From IMG/VR virus record IMGVR_UViG_3300044621_001247, positions 1-60,520 of that record: DNA of 60,520 nt; one strand, written 5' to 3'. Origin of the DNA: a virus (taxonomy: Duplodnaviria > Caudoviricetes). This document shows, in pieces, positions 53,242 through 60,520 of the stretch. Numbering within the stretch: position 1 is the stretch's first letter; every line of letters starts with the position of its first letter. The translations under genes and the position numbers were made by a program. The notes beneath the pieces were generated by a model. It did not search any database, was not told the origin of the DNA, and saw nothing but the letters and a program-made list of their open reading frames with translations.

Positions 53242-53769
53242 ATGAATACGCTCACCTACACCAATTTCCGCGCTGCGCTGTACGATCTTCCCCGTGATGT
53301 GCGGATCAAGTTCGCGCTCTGGTGCATCGGACGCGCCAACAAGTTCGCTTATTCGGATGTCAATCCGCAACTCGCCGTCGTGCATCGTTATCTCGACGGC
53401 AAGGCAACCAAGGAAGAGGTTGCTTCCGCGAGGGATGTTCTCTATCGTTCTCCCGTCTGTTCATCCGTCCGTGCGGTGTATAGCCTTTGCTGCGACATCT
53501 GCGAGGAGAACTCGCAGGGTGAACCTTCATTGGATCAGTCGTGCTTCGGGGCTATCTCCGTCTCTGCGTATGGCGTGTCGTTGGGAGTCGCTGAGAAGAA
53601 GTGGGAGAAGTGGATACTGAAGCATGAGTTTCAGTATCCGCCTCTGAGTTGCGGACGGCAGCAAGAGGAGAGGGCGGGATTTGATGCGATGCGGAAGGAA
53701 GCCCGTAAGAAGGAGCATGCCACGCAGACGAAGGAACTCATTCGACTTCTAGAGGAGACCAAGCGATGA
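53242..53769 (+). CDS. Hypothetical protein (FALWC...YLDG.AT.EE domain)
   Basis: Paralogous N-terminus and C-terminus with the next ORF. Confidence 0.75.
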   Translation: MNTLTYTNFRAALYDLPRDVRIKFALWCIGRANKFAYSDVNPQLAVVHRYLDGKATKEEVASARDVLYRSPVCSSVRAVYSLCCDICEENSQGEPSLDQSCFGAISVSAYGVSLGVAEKKWEKWILKHEFQYPPLSCGRQQEERAGFDAMRKEARKKEHATQTKELIRLLEETKR

Positions 53770-54260
53770 CTGACACCGACATCAATCGTCTGATCGACCG
53801 CCTGTCCGACCGCCAACGCCGAGAGTTCGGGCTATGGTGCGCCGAGCGCATCCGCCACCTGATGACCGACCCGCGTAGCACCGCCGCTCTCGATGTCGTG
53901 GCGCGGCATCTGCGCGGCGAGGCGACCGACGCGGAACTGGCTGCGGCAACGGCTGCGGCGTGGGCTGCGGCTGCGGCGCGGGCTGCGGCGGCGGCGTGGT
54001 CTGCGGCGGCGTGGGCGCGGGATGCGGCGTGGTCTGCGGCAGATGCGGCGTGGTCTGCGGCGTGGGATGCGGCGTGGGCTGCGGCGCGGGATGCGGCGCG
54101 GGCTGCGGCGGCTGCGGCTGCGGCGCGGGCTGCGGCGTGGTCTGCGGCAGATGCGGCTTCGGCTGCGGCGCGGGCTGCGGCGTGGTCTGCGGCATGGGAT
54201 GCAGAACGCGCCGCGCAGTTTGCAGAACTGAACCGTCTTCTGGAGGAAACCAAGCGATGA
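53766..54260 (+). CDS. Ala-rich (xAAW) repeat protein, Imm5-like N-domain
   Basis: FGLWCAERIRHL..DPRS..AL...L.GEAT..EL followed by [SAD]AA[WRA] tetrapeptide repeats. Confidence 0.78.
   Translation: MTDTDINRLIDRLSDRQRREFGLWCAERIRHLMTDPRSTAALDVVARHLRGEATDAELAAATAAAWAAAAARAAAAAWSAAAWARDAAWSAADAAWSAAWDAAWAAARDAARAAAAAAAARAAAWSAADAASAAARAAAWSAAWDAERAAQFAELNRLLEETKR
53939..54203 (+). repeat. 12-nt unit coding minisatellite (e.g. TCTGCGGCGTGG)
   Basis: Variant units repeated in tandem. Confidence 0.92.
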
Positions 54261-54544
54261 CTGACAACAAGAACGACATCTCGTCCCGCATCACCGACCG
54301 CCTCGAACTCGTCCGCGTCGAGACTGCCAACTGCCGTGCAGGTCGCACCTACGGCTTTCCCGACGAGATCAAGGCGATGATCTTGACCAACCTTGCCCAT
54401 GCCCGTTGGAACCGTCCTCTCCTTGACGAAGCGACCAAGCGGCTCCATGATGTCACGGAGTATGAGGTTCGTTGGCAGTTTGGCGACCTCGACCGCCTCA
54501 TTGAGGCAGAAACCGACCGTTTGTCGGAGGAAGAGGGGGATTGA
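54257..54544 (+). CDS. Hypothetical protein
   Basis: ATGA-coupled MTDNKNDISSR... Confidence 0.7.
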   Translation: MTDNKNDISSRITDRLELVRVETANCRAGRTYGFPDEIKAMILTNLAHARWNRPLLDEATKRLHDVTEYEVRWQFGDLDRLIEAETDRLSEEEGD

Positions 54545-54569
54545 CACCATCCCCGCCTTCGGATAGAAT
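54541..54569 (+). promoter_or_regulatory. Strong sigma70-type promoter
   Basis: TTGACA-N17-TAGAAT. Confidence 0.8.
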
Positions 54570-54615
54570 CATACCACTCGACCGATCCGTTTCCCAAACC
54601 TTTCAGGAGAACCTT

Positions 54616-55071
54616 ATGCCGACCAAGACCAAGAAGACCAAGCGCACCGCGAAGACTACCAAGAGCAAGACCAAGGTGGTCGTGACTGCCGCCGTCCGTC
54701 CTGCGGGTCGCTCGACCCGATCCGCCACCGCGTCTGCCATGAGCAGCGGGCTTGCCGCGCTGACCGAGGCAGGATCTCGCAGCACGGCACAGGTGAAGCC
54801 CACGACCGCGTCCAAGCCCAAGTCGGGCAAGGAACCTTCGCTCGTCTTCGAGGCTCCTGCGGTGCAGAAGCACACCCGTGCCGAAGCGGAGGAGGCGATC
54901 CGCGACCTCCGTGCCATCGTCGCCAAGATGTACGGGGACGGCAAGTTCAAGAACTCGGCGGCTCTCATGGTTCCGCTGACCGACATCGACAACGCGACCT
55001 ACTACAAGTCCAGCGGGTGCTACGACCGCAGCATCGACATCTGCAACAAGTGCAAGGACAAGATCAACTGA
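54616..55071 (+). CDS. Hypothetical protein with basic Lys/Thr-rich N-terminus
   Basis: SD CAGGAG; MPTKTKKTKRTAKTTKSK... Confidence 0.75.
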   Translation: MPTKTKKTKRTAKTTKSKTKVVVTAAVRPAGRSTRSATASAMSSGLAALTEAGSRSTAQVKPTTASKPKSGKEPSLVFEAPAVQKHTRAEAEEAIRDLRAIVAKMYGDGKFKNSAALMVPLTDIDNATYYKSSGCYDRSIDICNKCKDKIN

Positions 55072-55123
55072 CACAGCCCGAGCGACAGAAAACCCCGAAT
55101 CAGACCGACAGGAGAAACCCATC

Positions 55124-55483
55124 ATGCCGAACAACAGCAACGACAACAACAACGACATCGTCCCGCCCCTCCACAACATCACCGCCGAGCACAACATCAA
55201 GACGCTCGACCTCGTTGGTGGATTGATCATGGGGAGCATCAAGTCGAACACCCCCATCACCGTGGATCGGCTCCCTCTCATCATGGAGGCAATCGCGCAG
55301 GTTCGCATCTACTGCACCTTCCGCGATCAGAAGGAACTCACGGATGCCAACAGCCTTGCCGTCATCGCATCTGCGCGGGTGCTGCTCAAGCGCGGGATCG
55401 GTTCCAAGCCTTCTGATGCGGAGCAAACCGATGCGGCAGCGCAGGAGATCCTCGCTGACCTCCGCAAGAACGGCATCGGCTGA
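55124..55483 (+). CDS. Hypothetical protein
   Basis: SD CAGGAG; strong codon bias. Confidence 0.75.
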   Translation: MPNNSNDNNNDIVPPLHNITAEHNIKTLDLVGGLIMGSIKSNTPITVDRLPLIMEAIAQVRIYCTFRDQKELTDANSLAVIASARVLLKRGIGSKPSDAEQTDAAAQEILADLRKNGIG

Positions 55484-55510
55484 TCGGACTGCACAACCAA
55501 CATTCGGGTC

Positions 55511-55540
55511 GGAGGGGGCGAAAGCCCCCTCCATCCTTTC
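55511..55540 (+). terminator. GC-rich hairpin, weak U tract
   Basis: GGAGGGGGC-GAAA-GCCCCCTCC-ATCCTTTC. Confidence 0.55.
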
Positions 55541-55558
55541 AAACGGGAGAAACACACA

Positions 55559-55831
55559 ATGAGCGGCAACAACGACATCGTGGAACAGATGTGGACGGAA
55601 CTCCAGTCCTACCAGCCGTTCGCTGACGCGGACGGGCATGGCGACACATGGAGAACCATGTGCGAGAAGAGGACGAAGGAAGCGGCATTTATAGCGGCAG
55701 ATGCGGCGCGCCCGCGTCGGCGTACGCGGCGGGAATGGGCTTGGCGGGCGACTTTGGCGGCGATGACGGCGGCGGATTGTGAAGCATACAAAGCCATCGT
55801 GAATATCCGCAAGGCAAAGGAGGGACGATGA
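55559..55831 (+). CDS. Hypothetical protein
   Basis: SD GGGAG; MW.EL..YQP.AD.DGHG.TW..MC motif. Confidence 0.7.
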   Translation: MSGNNDIVEQMWTELQSYQPFADADGHGDTWRTMCEKRTKEAAFIAADAARPRRRTRREWAWRATLAAMTAADCEAYKAIVNIRKAKEGR

Positions 55832-56097
55832 CACAGACCGAAACCCAGACAGACCAGTACGGGCTTCCCATGACGAAGATGTACACCGTCGAGTACATCG
55901 TCCTGATCGACGGGGAGGAGATGGACGAGACCTACTATGAGATCGTGTGGGCAAGGGATCCGCACGATGCCGCCTACAAGGCTCAGGAGATCTTCTACGA
56001 CAACGAGAGCATCGACGGCACAAGCATGGCATTCAAGTGGGTCGAGGTGTATGAGAATCAGTCAGCGATGAGGAACACCAAGGAGAACGAGCGATGA
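55828..56097 (+). CDS. Acidic hypothetical protein
   Basis: ATGA-coupled. Confidence 0.7.
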   Translation: MTQTETQTDQYGLPMTKMYTVEYIVLIDGEEMDETYYEIVWARDPHDAAYKAQEIFYDNESIDGTSMAFKWVEVYENQSAMRNTKENER

Positions 56098-56558
56098 AGA
56101 AGACCACGAAGAAGAGCAACAAGAGCAGCGTCCGTCTTGTGAACCAGCCGCTTTCCGAATGGCGGGTGGTCGCACGAAAGTACGAGAAGCCTACCCAGGA
56201 GATTTTCGATGAGAATCAACGATGGATTCCAGGTGGTGTCCGTTTCGTGATCTGCAAGGTCTGCTATGACTCGAAGGGAAAGCCCAATGGCATCGTGGAA
56301 TATCCCGACACAACGGTACGGGTGAACTATTCCGACTACGAAGGCAAGGACGAGTTTCAGCGTCCCTTGCACAAGGCAGAGCAGGAGAGCCGACAAAACC
56401 TCAGGGACATGATGAGGGCGTGGCATCTTCCGATCCTTGAGGAGATCGACCGCACGGGAGACTACCGCATCCGCGAGTGGAAGGGAACCAAGGAGTTCAA
56501 CCGACTGGAACGACTGTGCGACTGCCCCAAGAAGACCAAGAGGAAGACCAAGCGATGA
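56094..56558 (+). CDS. Hypothetical protein
   Basis: ATGA-coupled. Confidence 0.7.
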   Translation: MKKTTKKSNKSSVRLVNQPLSEWRVVARKYEKPTQEIFDENQRWIPGGVRFVICKVCYDSKGKPNGIVEYPDTTVRVNYSDYEGKDEFQRPLHKAEQESRQNLRDMMRAWHLPILEEIDRTGDYRIREWKGTKEFNRLERLCDCPKKTKRKTKR

Positions 56559-57802
56559 ATGAACTGAACCCCAACCTCCCGTTCCATACCTTCCATAAGA
56601 ACATCCTCGCGGAAGACGAGCATGAGATCCGCAACCTCGACAGCGTCATGGCTGCGATGAACAGCGTCCTCGACACGCCGACCGTGCTTGAGGCGGCGAT
56701 CATGCCCGATGCCTGTCCCGTGGGCAAGGACGAGATCCCCGTGGGAGGCGTGGTCGTCACCTGGAATGCGATCCACCCCCGAATGCACAGCGCGGATGTC
56801 TGTTGTTCCGTGATGGCTACGGATCTCGGCTATGCCGATCCCAAGATGGTTCTTGATCTCGCACAGGCGGTCACGCACTTCGGGATCGGCGGACGGTCGC
56901 CCGACTTTGAGATCGGTCTTCCCGAAAACCTGAAGGCTCGTATCGAAGCCAATCCGTTCCTCAACAACCAGAAGAGCCTCTTCTGCGCTCAGTCGCACCT
57001 CGGGACGCAGGGGGACGGCAACCACTTCCTGTTCGTCGGTCGCAGCAAGAACACGGGTCGCACGATGCTCGTCACCCACCACGGAAGCCGTGGGTTCGGA
57101 GCGAATCTCTACAAGGAAGGCGTTAGGGTGGCGGAATCTTTCCTGAAGAAGATCGATCCGAAGGTCAATCCCAAGAACGCATGGATCCCTGCGGACACGC
57201 AGGAAGGACACGACTACTGGGAAGCCCTCCAGATCGTCCGCTGTTGGACGAAGTACAACCACATCGTCATCCACGATGTGGTCGAGCAGGTGTCGTGGGC
57301 AGACCGCGTCTCGCGGTTTTGGAACGAACACAACTTCGTGTTCAGGGACGGTGACCGCTTCTATCATGCAAAGGGCGCAACCCCGATGTGCAACAAGTTC
57401 GTCCCCGACTCGATTGATGGTCTGCGCCTGATCCCCCTCAACATGGGACAGCCGATCCTGATCGCCAAGGCGGTTCCCGATGCCCGACTCACGAACGGCA
57501 TCGGCTTCGCTCCCCACGGCGCGGGTCGGAACTTCAGCCGCACGGAACACAAGCGGACGAAGTTGGTCGGCAAGACGGTCGAGGAGGTGTTCGCTGAGGA
57601 GACGGCGGGGCTTGATGTCCGCTTCTACTCGGGCAAGATCGATGTGAGCGAACTTCCTAGTGCCTACAAGGACGCGGAGAAGGTGAAGGATCAGATCCGA
57701 CACTTCAACCTCGCGACCATCGTGGACGAGATCATGCCCTACGGGTGCATCATGGCGGGAGAGATGGAGAAGCCTTGGCAGAAGAAGAAGGAGAGCAAGT
57801 GA
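56555..57802 (+). CDS. rtcB: RtcB-family RNA ligase
   Basis: MPD, D.CC, GTQGDGNHF, HHGSRG, HNF, HAKGAT, HGAGR and E.PSAYK catalytic motifs; start re-called at 56555. Confidence 0.93.
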   Translation: MNELNPNLPFHTFHKNILAEDEHEIRNLDSVMAAMNSVLDTPTVLEAAIMPDACPVGKDEIPVGGVVVTWNAIHPRMHSADVCCSVMATDLGYADPKMVLDLAQAVTHFGIGGRSPDFEIGLPENLKARIEANPFLNNQKSLFCAQSHLGTQGDGNHFLFVGRSKNTGRTMLVTHHGSRGFGANLYKEGVRVAESFLKKIDPKVNPKNAWIPADTQEGHDYWEALQIVRCWTKYNHIVIHDVVEQVSWADRVSRFWNEHNFVFRDGDRFYHAKGATPMCNKFVPDSIDGLRLIPLNMGQPILIAKAVPDARLTNGIGFAPHGAGRNFSRTEHKRTKLVGKTVEEVFAEETAGLDVRFYSGKIDVSELPSAYKDAEKVKDQIRHFNLATIVDEIMPYGCIMAGEMEKPWQKKKESK

Positions 57803-58038
57803 AGGACAACCACAGCAATAGCGACCATGTGGAGACGGACACGGAAAAGAGGTGGGAGCAGGGCATCCCTCATCACCCAGAGTCCGAGAAGATTTTCGCC
57901 TTCCTCCGAAAGGCAGACGAGAAGTACGACTTCTTCGACTGGAAGGCGGGAGGTGACGGGGACAATGGAGAGGAACTGATGTATGCTCTTGATGTCTACT
58001 TTGACCTCAAGGATCGAAACAAGGAGAGCAAGCAATGA
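57799..58038 (+). CDS. Hypothetical protein
   Basis: GTGA-coupled; RWE.G..HHP.S...FDWK.GGDGDNGE.LMY motif. Confidence 0.72.
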   Translation: MKDNHSNSDHVETDTEKRWEQGIPHHPESEKIFAFLRKADEKYDFFDWKAGGDGDNGEELMYALDVYFDLKDRNKESKQ

Positions 58039-58205
58039 GCGACACATATACTCATTTGGTTTTTCGTCTGCGTAGGACTGACAAGAACAGAGGAGTTCCA
58101 ATCTGTTCAGAAGCAGCCGACGAGATCGAACGCCTCCTTGCCGAGATTGCAAGGCTGAAGCAACTTCAGCAGAAGACCAAGAAGGGAACCCGAAAGACAC
58201 TATGA
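58035..58205 (+). CDS. 56-aa hypothetical protein (EAADEIERL type)
   Basis: ATGA overlaps at both ends; below the ORF-track length cutoff. Confidence 0.6.
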   Translation: MSDTYTHLVFRLRRTDKNRGVPICSEAADEIERLLAEIARLKQLQQKTKKGTRKTL

Positions 58206-58642
58206 AGACCATGAAGAACATCCTCGCCGCATTCCTCCCGTTCGCAGTCGCAGCCGTGTGCGTGGCAGTCCCTCCTCCTGCGGGAACAGACATCGACCGC
58301 ATCCTCGACGCGATTCAGAAGGTCGAGACGGGAGGCGAGGCTGACCCCGCGAACGCGGTGGGCGACAACGGCAAGGCGATTGGTCCGATGCAGATCCACC
58401 GTGCCTACTGGAAGGATGCCGTGCAGTTCGATCCCTCCATCGGCGGAACCTACGAGGACTGCCGAGACGAGGACTATGCTCGTCGCATCGTGGTCGCGTA
58501 CATGACCCGATACGCTCCCGACTGGAATGTGAGAACCATTGCGAGAATCCACAATGGCGGTCCTCGCGGTCACAAGAACCCCAAAACCGTCAACTATGCC
58601 AACAAGGTTTTCAAGAACTACCAAACGATGACCGATAACTGA
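58202..58642 (+). CDS. Signal-anchored lysozyme-fold protein (i-type/destabilase or transglycosylase-like)
   Basis: N-terminal hydrophobic segment; AI..VE.GG...AVGD.G.AIG.MQI...YW.DA...ARIHNGGP.G. Confidence 0.82.
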   Translation: MKTMKNILAAFLPFAVAAVCVAVPPPAGTDIDRILDAIQKVETGGEADPANAVGDNGKAIGPMQIHRAYWKDAVQFDPSIGGTYEDCRDEDYARRIVVAYMTRYAPDWNVRTIARIHNGGPRGHKNPKTVNYANKVFKNYQTMTDN

Positions 58643-58662
58643 TGGATTTCACGCAGATTTGC

Positions 58663-58756
58663 CGTAAGTCCATATGGCTACAGGACTTACGATCTGAAGT
58701 ATTTCGTTTTCCCGCGTTCCATGGGGATTGACACAAACATCCGTTTGTGGGATACT
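58663..58756 (+). promoter_or_regulatory. Palindromic operator plus leaderless sigma70-type promoter
   Basis: CGTAAGT-N15-ACTTACG (58663-58691); TTGACA-N17-GATACT (58728-58756); ATG 6 nt later. Confidence 0.75.
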
Positions 58757-58762
58757 TAGGGC

Positions 58763-60082
58763 ATGTCGAAGTCCACCAAGAACCCGTCCCGCACCGTCCG
58801 CAACTCCAACAGCAAGGACAGCATGAGCAACAGCACGACCGCGTACAACAACCTCCAGACCCGTCAGCAGCGTTTCGTCGATACCCTCGCCTCGCTCTAC
58901 GGCGAGGGTGACGGCAACTACAACTACACCCGCACCCAGGTCATCGCCGCCTCCGACAAGTGCGGCATGAGCAACCCGCCCGTGTGGGTCGTGAATGTGC
59001 AGAGCCGCCGTGCGGGTCGCGGTCTGTACAATGTGGCTGAGTGTGCTGCGGCTCACGATGGCTCGGGCAGCACCAAGACTGCCAAGACTACCAAGCCCGC
59101 CGCGAAGAGCCGCGCCAAGGCAGTTGCCGCTGCCACGACCGAAGAGCCGCTTCCTGCCACGGTCGCCGCGCTCGTCACCGAAGTGCAGCAGTTCGTCCCG
59201 AACAAGAACCCGATCTATGTGCCGTGGGGTCACTTCGATACGCTCCGCAGCATCGTCAAGTCCAAGGTGTTCTACCCCGCTTGGGTCAACGGCGAGTCGG
59301 GCAACGGCAAGACGCTGATGATCGAGCAGATCTGCGCGGCTGAGGGTCGCGAGTTCTTCCGCGTCAACATCACGGAGGAGACGGACGAGGACGATCTCCT
59401 CGGCGGCTTCCGTCTCGTCAACGGCGACACCGTGTGGCAGGACGGTCCCGTGGTGGAGGCGATCAAGCGCGACGCGGTTCTGCTGCTTGACGAACTCGAC
59501 CTCGGCTCGTTCAAGACCATGTGCCTTCAGCCCGTGCTTGAGGGCAAGGGCGTGTTCCTGAAGAAGGTCGGCAAGTTCATCAAGCCTCGCTCGGGCGGGG
59601 GCTTCACGGTCTTCGCCACCGCGAACACCAAGGGCAAGGGCAGCGACGATGGTCGCTTCGCGGGAACCCGCGTCCAGAACGAGGCTCTGCTTGAGCGGTT
59701 CAAGATCACCGTCGATCAGCCCTACCCGCCCGTTGCCACGGAGCAGAAGATCATCGACAAGGTCTTCGACGCGCTCAATGTCGATTCGGAGGTCGCCAAG
59801 CCTCTGTCCAGCACCCTTGCGCGTTGGTCGGAGTCGGTGCGCCGTGCGCGTGACGAGGGTGCGATTGAGGAGATCGTGACCACCCGCCGTCTCGTCGCAA
59901 TCGCTGAGGGCTTCGTCATCTTCGGTGACATCAAGCAAGCCCTGACCCTCGGTCTGTCCCGCTTCGACGGCGAGACCCGCGATGCCCTGCTCGACTTCTA
60001 CAGCAAGTTGGCTCCTGAGACGGAGAAGAAGGACGAGGCTCCCGCTCCTGCCGCTGCGGATACTTCCGACTGCCCGTTCTGA
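58763..60082 (+). CDS. cobS: CobS-like (MoxR family) AAA+ ATPase
   Basis: GESGNGKT, ETDEDDLLGG, LLLDE, TANTKGKGSDDGRF and NEALLERF, as in phage CobS. Confidence 0.92.
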   Translation: MSKSTKNPSRTVRNSNSKDSMSNSTTAYNNLQTRQQRFVDTLASLYGEGDGNYNYTRTQVIAASDKCGMSNPPVWVVNVQSRRAGRGLYNVAECAAAHDGSGSTKTAKTTKPAAKSRAKAVAAATTEEPLPATVAALVTEVQQFVPNKNPIYVPWGHFDTLRSIVKSKVFYPAWVNGESGNGKTLMIEQICAAEGREFFRVNITEETDEDDLLGGFRLVNGDTVWQDGPVVEAIKRDAVLLLDELDLGSFKTMCLQPVLEGKGVFLKKVGKFIKPRSGGGFTVFATANTKGKGSDDGRFAGTRVQNEALLERFKITVDQPYPPVATEQKIIDKVFDALNVDSEVAKPLSSTLARWSESVRRARDEGAIEEIVTTRRLVAIAEGFVIFGDIKQALTLGLSRFDGETRDALLDFYSKLAPETEKKDEAPAPAAADTSDCPF

Positions 60083-60170
60083 TCGGACGGTCTGACACGG
60101 GGGAGGAGAAGTATCTCCCCCATTCCCGCATTCTGCATCCTCGCAAACTCACACAACGGAGAAACGCACA

Positions 60171-60520
60171 ATGAACACGATCTTCAACCCGATCCCCGCC
60201 GCCATCCGCACCAAGGCTCTTGCCACCAAGCCCAAGCCGAAGCCGAAGCACAATCCGTACCTGTTCGATGTCCGAGAGGACAAGGAACTGATCGACCTGC
60301 TGATTGATGCAACAGACTTCGGTCGTAAAGTTTTGCTGCCAGCGGGCGCATACCTGATCGACTGCACCAAAGCGGTGGACAACTGCCACGACGAACTGGA
60401 TGTTTCCGCCCCCATCGGGGTGATATGGGTTCTCGTCAGCCCGAAGGGGCATACGCAATACTACAACTTTGGACTGTCGGAGAAGATCCGTGAGTGGGCA
60501 TGGTGGGTGCGGGAGTTCCT
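60171..60520 (+). CDS. Hypothetical protein, truncated at the right edge
   Basis: SD GGAG; MNTIFNPIPAAIRTK... open to the window end. Confidence 0.65.
   Translation, partial: MNTIFNPIPAAIRTKALATKPKPKPKHNPYLFDVREDKELIDLLIDATDFGRKVLLPAGAYLIDCTKAVDNCHDELDVSAPIGVIWVLVSPKGHTQYYNFGLSEKIREWAWWVREF

Noticed and set aside
53939-54203. CRISPR array
   Set aside because: Tandem 12-nt units without unique spacers, lying in frame in a CDS.
53782-54544. Cys/Gly-rich, Arg-rich and Pro/Gln-rich ORFs in the other frames
   Set aside because: These are shadow frames of the 12-nt Ala repeat; only 53766-54260 has a coupled start and a paralogous domain.
58763-60082. Cobalamin-synthesis auxiliary metabolic gene
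   Set aside because: Phage CobS-like AAA+ proteins are common in T4-like phages and are MoxR-type chaperones; no other cob genes are present here.
1-60520. Stop-codon reassignment or suppressor tRNA
   Set aside because: Core genes are full length under the standard code, and no CTA, TCA or TTA anticodon was identified. The atypical 43562 loop centres on TAT.

Overview
This window is part of a large T4-like (contractile-tailed myovirus) phage genome. From 1 to about 42.1 kb it carries the late virion module: two tandem tail-sheath paralogues, terminase gp17/gp16, neck and tail completion gp13-15, several fibre/LamG/collar proteins, a VrlC-like protein, baseplate gp8/7/6/25/5/PAAR/27/53/48, then gp4, gp2, gp54, gp26, gp51 and a tape-measure candidate. 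From about 42.1 to 60.5 kb it carries an accessory/early region. That region holds a Zn-deaminase, 14 tRNA genes, RtcB, a lysozyme, holin/spanin candidates, a CobS-like AAA+ ATPase and many small modular ORFs behind sigma70-type promoters. The most striking signals are RNA elements absent from the ORF track: (i) a circularly permuted, two-piece tmRNA gene (50555-50832, G3:U70, tag ATINAANMRMAA*); (ii) a tRNA-Lys(UUU) interrupted by a 192-nt group I intron at anticodon position 35/36; (iii) a tRNA-Ile(UAU) and several pseudoknotted leaders or orphan structured RNAs. Together with RtcB these suggest a phage translation rescue/repair toolkit. Also notable are a CGTAAGT-N15-ACTTAC palindrome ahead of two apparently leaderless promoters, a G-x-T motif recurring across virion proteins, and a protein with a T4-type capsid-targeting sequence. 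All calls were made by eye from sequence motifs and gene order; no searches were run and the host is not determinable from this window.
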